DNA of 64,000 nucleotides from Takakia lepidozioides (Eukaryota; Plantae; Bryophyta): NCBI GenBank assembly GCA_030704615.1, contig CM060732.1, positions 80,166,001 through 80,230,000 of the forward strand, in the 5' to 3' direction. Numbering within the stretch: the first letter of the stretch is position 1; each line of letters begins with the position of its first letter. Positions 61,166 through 64,000 of the stretch are shown one piece after another. Position numbers and translations under genes: made by a program. The notes beneath the pieces are model-generated. The model saw only the letters and a list, made by a program, of their open reading frames with translations. It was not told where the DNA came from and made no database searches.

Positions 61166-63070
61166 TTAGGGTAGCATGTGCCGTTGGCACAAGTATCCAA
61201 TGTCATCTAAGCCCAAGTGCAAGATCTCCTATGTATTCCAATGCGTCTCCTATGTCCAGCCCCAAGTGCGACCTCTAGGGTAGCATGTGCCGTTGGCCCA
61301 AGTGTCTAGTGTCATCTAAGTCCAAGTGCAATCCCCTATGTATCCAAGTGTGTCTACTATGTCGAGGCCCTTGTGTGAAGAATTGAAATCTAGGCCCAAG
61401 TGCAATCTCCTATGTATCCAAGTGCGTCTCCCATGTAGAGGCCCAAGTGTGACCTCCAATGTCCAATGTCATCTAAGTTTAAGTGCAATCCCTATCTAAT
61501 CAATTTTTTTTTTCCAGAGAGCCTACGACCAAATTTGAACCGGAGACCTTTCCCTTGACATCTCTCCTATCGAGGCTCCAATCATTGTCCCAGAAAAGCC
61601 CACTTTGCTATTTTCACGAATTTTCTGCAACCAAAGGTACTTGAAATTCCATATCTCCCACACCGCAGGTCCAAAAATCATCGAGGGCTTTCCAACGGTA
61701 CCAAGCACCAACGTTGGGGCCCCTCGATTTGGGACATCTCAACGTGACAAAACAAACACACAAACAAACAAATCGCCTCGCTTCATATATTGACTAGGGT
61801 AGCCTGTGCCGTTGGCCCAAGTATCCAATGTCATCTAATCATTTTTTTTTCTAGAGAGCCTACGACCAGATTTGAACCGTAGACCTTTCCCTTGATATCT
61901 CTTCTGTCGAGGCTCCAATCATTGTCCAAGGAAAGTCACTTTGCTATTTTTTCGTGAGTTTTCAGCGACCCAAAGTACTTGGAATTCCATAGCTCCCACA
62001 CTGTAAGTCCAAAAATCCTGAGACCAAGCCCGTGCATCCCTCCTCGTCGAGGGCTTTCCAATGGTACTAAGCACAAGGGCTGGGGCCTCCCGATTCGGGA
62101 CATCTCAACGTGAAACAAAACAAACGTCTCGCTTCATAGATTGACTGGGGTAGCCTGTGTCGTTGGCCCAAATGTCCAATTTGTCATCCAAGTCCAAGTG
62201 CATCAATATATGAAGCAAGTCATATCTAATTAATTTTTTTCCACAGAGTCTACGACCAAACCAAGTGCAATTTTCTATGTATCCCAGTGCATCTCCTATG
62301 TTGAGGCCCAAGTGCGACCTCTAGTGTAGCCTATGTTGTTGGCCCAAGTGTGAAGAATTGAAATCTAAGACCAAGTGCAATTTCCAATGTATCCAAGTGT
62401 CTCCTATGTCGAGGCCCATCTAAGCCCAAGTGCAATCTTCTATTCATGTATCCAAGTGCATCTCCCATGTAGAGGCCAAATCTATTTTTTTCCATGAATT
62501 TAATGAGTAGTAATATATCCAATCATTATTGATATAGGGTAGCTTGTGCCGTAAGTTGGCACCCAAGTGTCCAATGTCATCTAAGTCTATTTTTATTTTT
62601 ATTTTCCCACAGAGCCTACGACCAGATTTGAACCGTAGACCTTTCCCTTGATATCTCTCCTGTCGAGGCTCCAACCATTGTCCCAGGAATGCCCACTTTG
62701 CTATTTTTCGTGAATTTCCAGCGACCCAAAGTACTTGAAATTCCACATCTCCCACACCGCAGGTCCAAAAATCACGAGACCAAGCCCGTGCACCCCTCCT
62801 CGTCGAGGGCTTTCCAATGGTACCAAGCACGAGGGTGGGGTCCTCGCGGTTTGGGACATCTCAACGTGACAAAACAAAACAAACAAAATAAAACAAATGT
62901 CTCGCTTTGACCTATACTAAGGTAGCTTGTGCCGTTGGCCCAAGTGTCCAATGTCATCTAAGTCCAAGTGTAATCCCCTATGTATCAAAGTGTGTCTCCT
63001 ATGTCGAGGCCCAAATGCAACCTCTAGGGTAGCCTTTGCCGTTGGCCTAAGTGTCCAATGTCATCTAAGT
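61166..63070 (-). mobile_element. Tandem array of a non-autonomous Helitron-like element
   Basis: Minus-strand units start TCAATATATGAAGC..(TTTG)n and end with a TGTGCCAACGGCACA-type hairpin + CTACCCTAG. Junctions at 61793/61794 (CTAG|TC), 62144/62145 (CCAG|TC) and 62916/62917 (degenerate). Confidence 0.75.
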
Positions 63071-63134
63071 AAAAAAAAAAGTATGACGCCTCCCGAACGG
63101 AGCGTAACTTATGGTGTCTCTTCACCACAAGGGC

Positions 63135-63480
63135 TACTATGGCCCGTATCGTTGCATGCGATGCAACCTTTGGGACAAATCACCACAATGTACTCTTCAT
63201 CCTTTTCACAATTTATCCACTTGCAGAAGTAGTGGATGTACGCACACTGGCAGCATCTGACATTCTGCATTTGAACAGTTCCCATTGTACACGTTGATGG
63301 TCTTCGACGAGTGGCTTAACGGTATACCAGTTGCGTACATCATATGCGCCCGTGAGCGGACAACAGACTTGGTGCCGTGGATGGCAGCCTTGCGAGACTC
63401 TCTCCTCGCAGAAATGCCGGACTGGCGACCCAATGCCTTCATTGTGGACGATGCCGACGCCGAAATAAACGCCATTACGT
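63135..63480 (+). pseudogene. MULE transposase catalytic-domain fragment (two exons)
   Basis: IVACDATFGTN|intron|FPLYTLMVFDEWLNGIPVAYII..W..L..DWRPNAFIVDDADAEINAI|gtaag. Confidence 0.8.
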
Positions 63481-63559
63481 AAGTTTCACGTACCCTCCTA
63501 TACACTTGCGTGCAAGTCCGTCGTCTGCGTCCATTGTCTGTCTCTTCGGCAAGTCCCTT

Positions 63560-64000
63560 GCCATACAACGCAGTCTTGGCTGCAAGTCCGGCCCATTCAT
63601 TTCTGCAAGTCTGCTGGCAAACCAGTCTGCTGATAATGTCCTCTAGCGAAGTCCGCTGGAAGACTCACTTGCGCAAGTATGCTGCAAGGTCAGTCTGCTC
63701 GGGTGTGCTGCCAGCAACGTCTGGGTAAGTCTGCTGCCGGTCTCCTAAAGGCAAGTCTGCTGGTAGGCCAGTCCGCCGGAGGGGACTGTTCGCAAGCAGT
63801 CCGCTGCAAGACTCACGTGCGCGAGTCTGTTGTGACCTCACTTTGGTCGAGCAAGTCCGCTGGTAGGCAGGTCCGCCGGAGGGGACTGTTTGCAAGCAGT
63901 CTGCTGCAAGATTCACGTGCGCAAGTCTGCTGCAACCTCAGTCTAGTCCAGCAAGTCTGCTGGCAGGCAGGTCCGTCGGAGGGGACCGTTTGCAAGCAGT
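63560..64000. repeat. GC-rich tandem repeat, 100-bp period, built from GCAAGTC(C/T)GC sub-repeats; runs off the window
   Basis: GCAAGTCYGCTGGYAGGC..GTCCGYCGGAGGGGAC starts at 63751, 63851 and 63951. Confidence 0.9.

Noticed and set aside
61166-64000. CRISPR-like arrays
   Set aside because: Eukaryotic context, no unique spacers and no cas genes; explained by Helitron units and a minisatellite.

Overview
Eukaryotic nuclear DNA from a land plant, probably a non-seed plant such as a bryophyte (inferred from GT-AG introns, plant-type UTP18/VAL/ABCF3 genes and TE types). The first ~30 kb is a nest of transposons. It starts with a minus-strand Ty3/Gypsy element whose pol frame runs protease - DNMT3-like C5 cytosine methyltransferase - RT - RNase H - integrase. 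That element is split by a 14.8-kb CACTA element (4214..19037, 19-bp TIRs, TAT target-site duplication). The CACTA element carries a degenerate Tnp2 transposase, a divergent TnpA-like gene containing an FCP1/NIF HAD-phosphatase domain, LINE fragments and two captured RPL27 fragments. Next come a ~5.4-kb inverted repeat around a LINE fragment and the end of a second CACTA element. The 31-56 kb block holds three host genes: UTP18 (+), a divergent VAL/HSI2-like B3 + CW zinc-finger gene (-) and an 18-exon ABCF3 (+). The last 8 kb contains MULE/SWIM transposase fragments, tRNA-type SINE copies and a head-to-tail array of a non-autonomous Helitron. The most notable item is the methyltransferase-carrying retrotransposon. 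All family calls come from motif recognition by eye; no searches were run.
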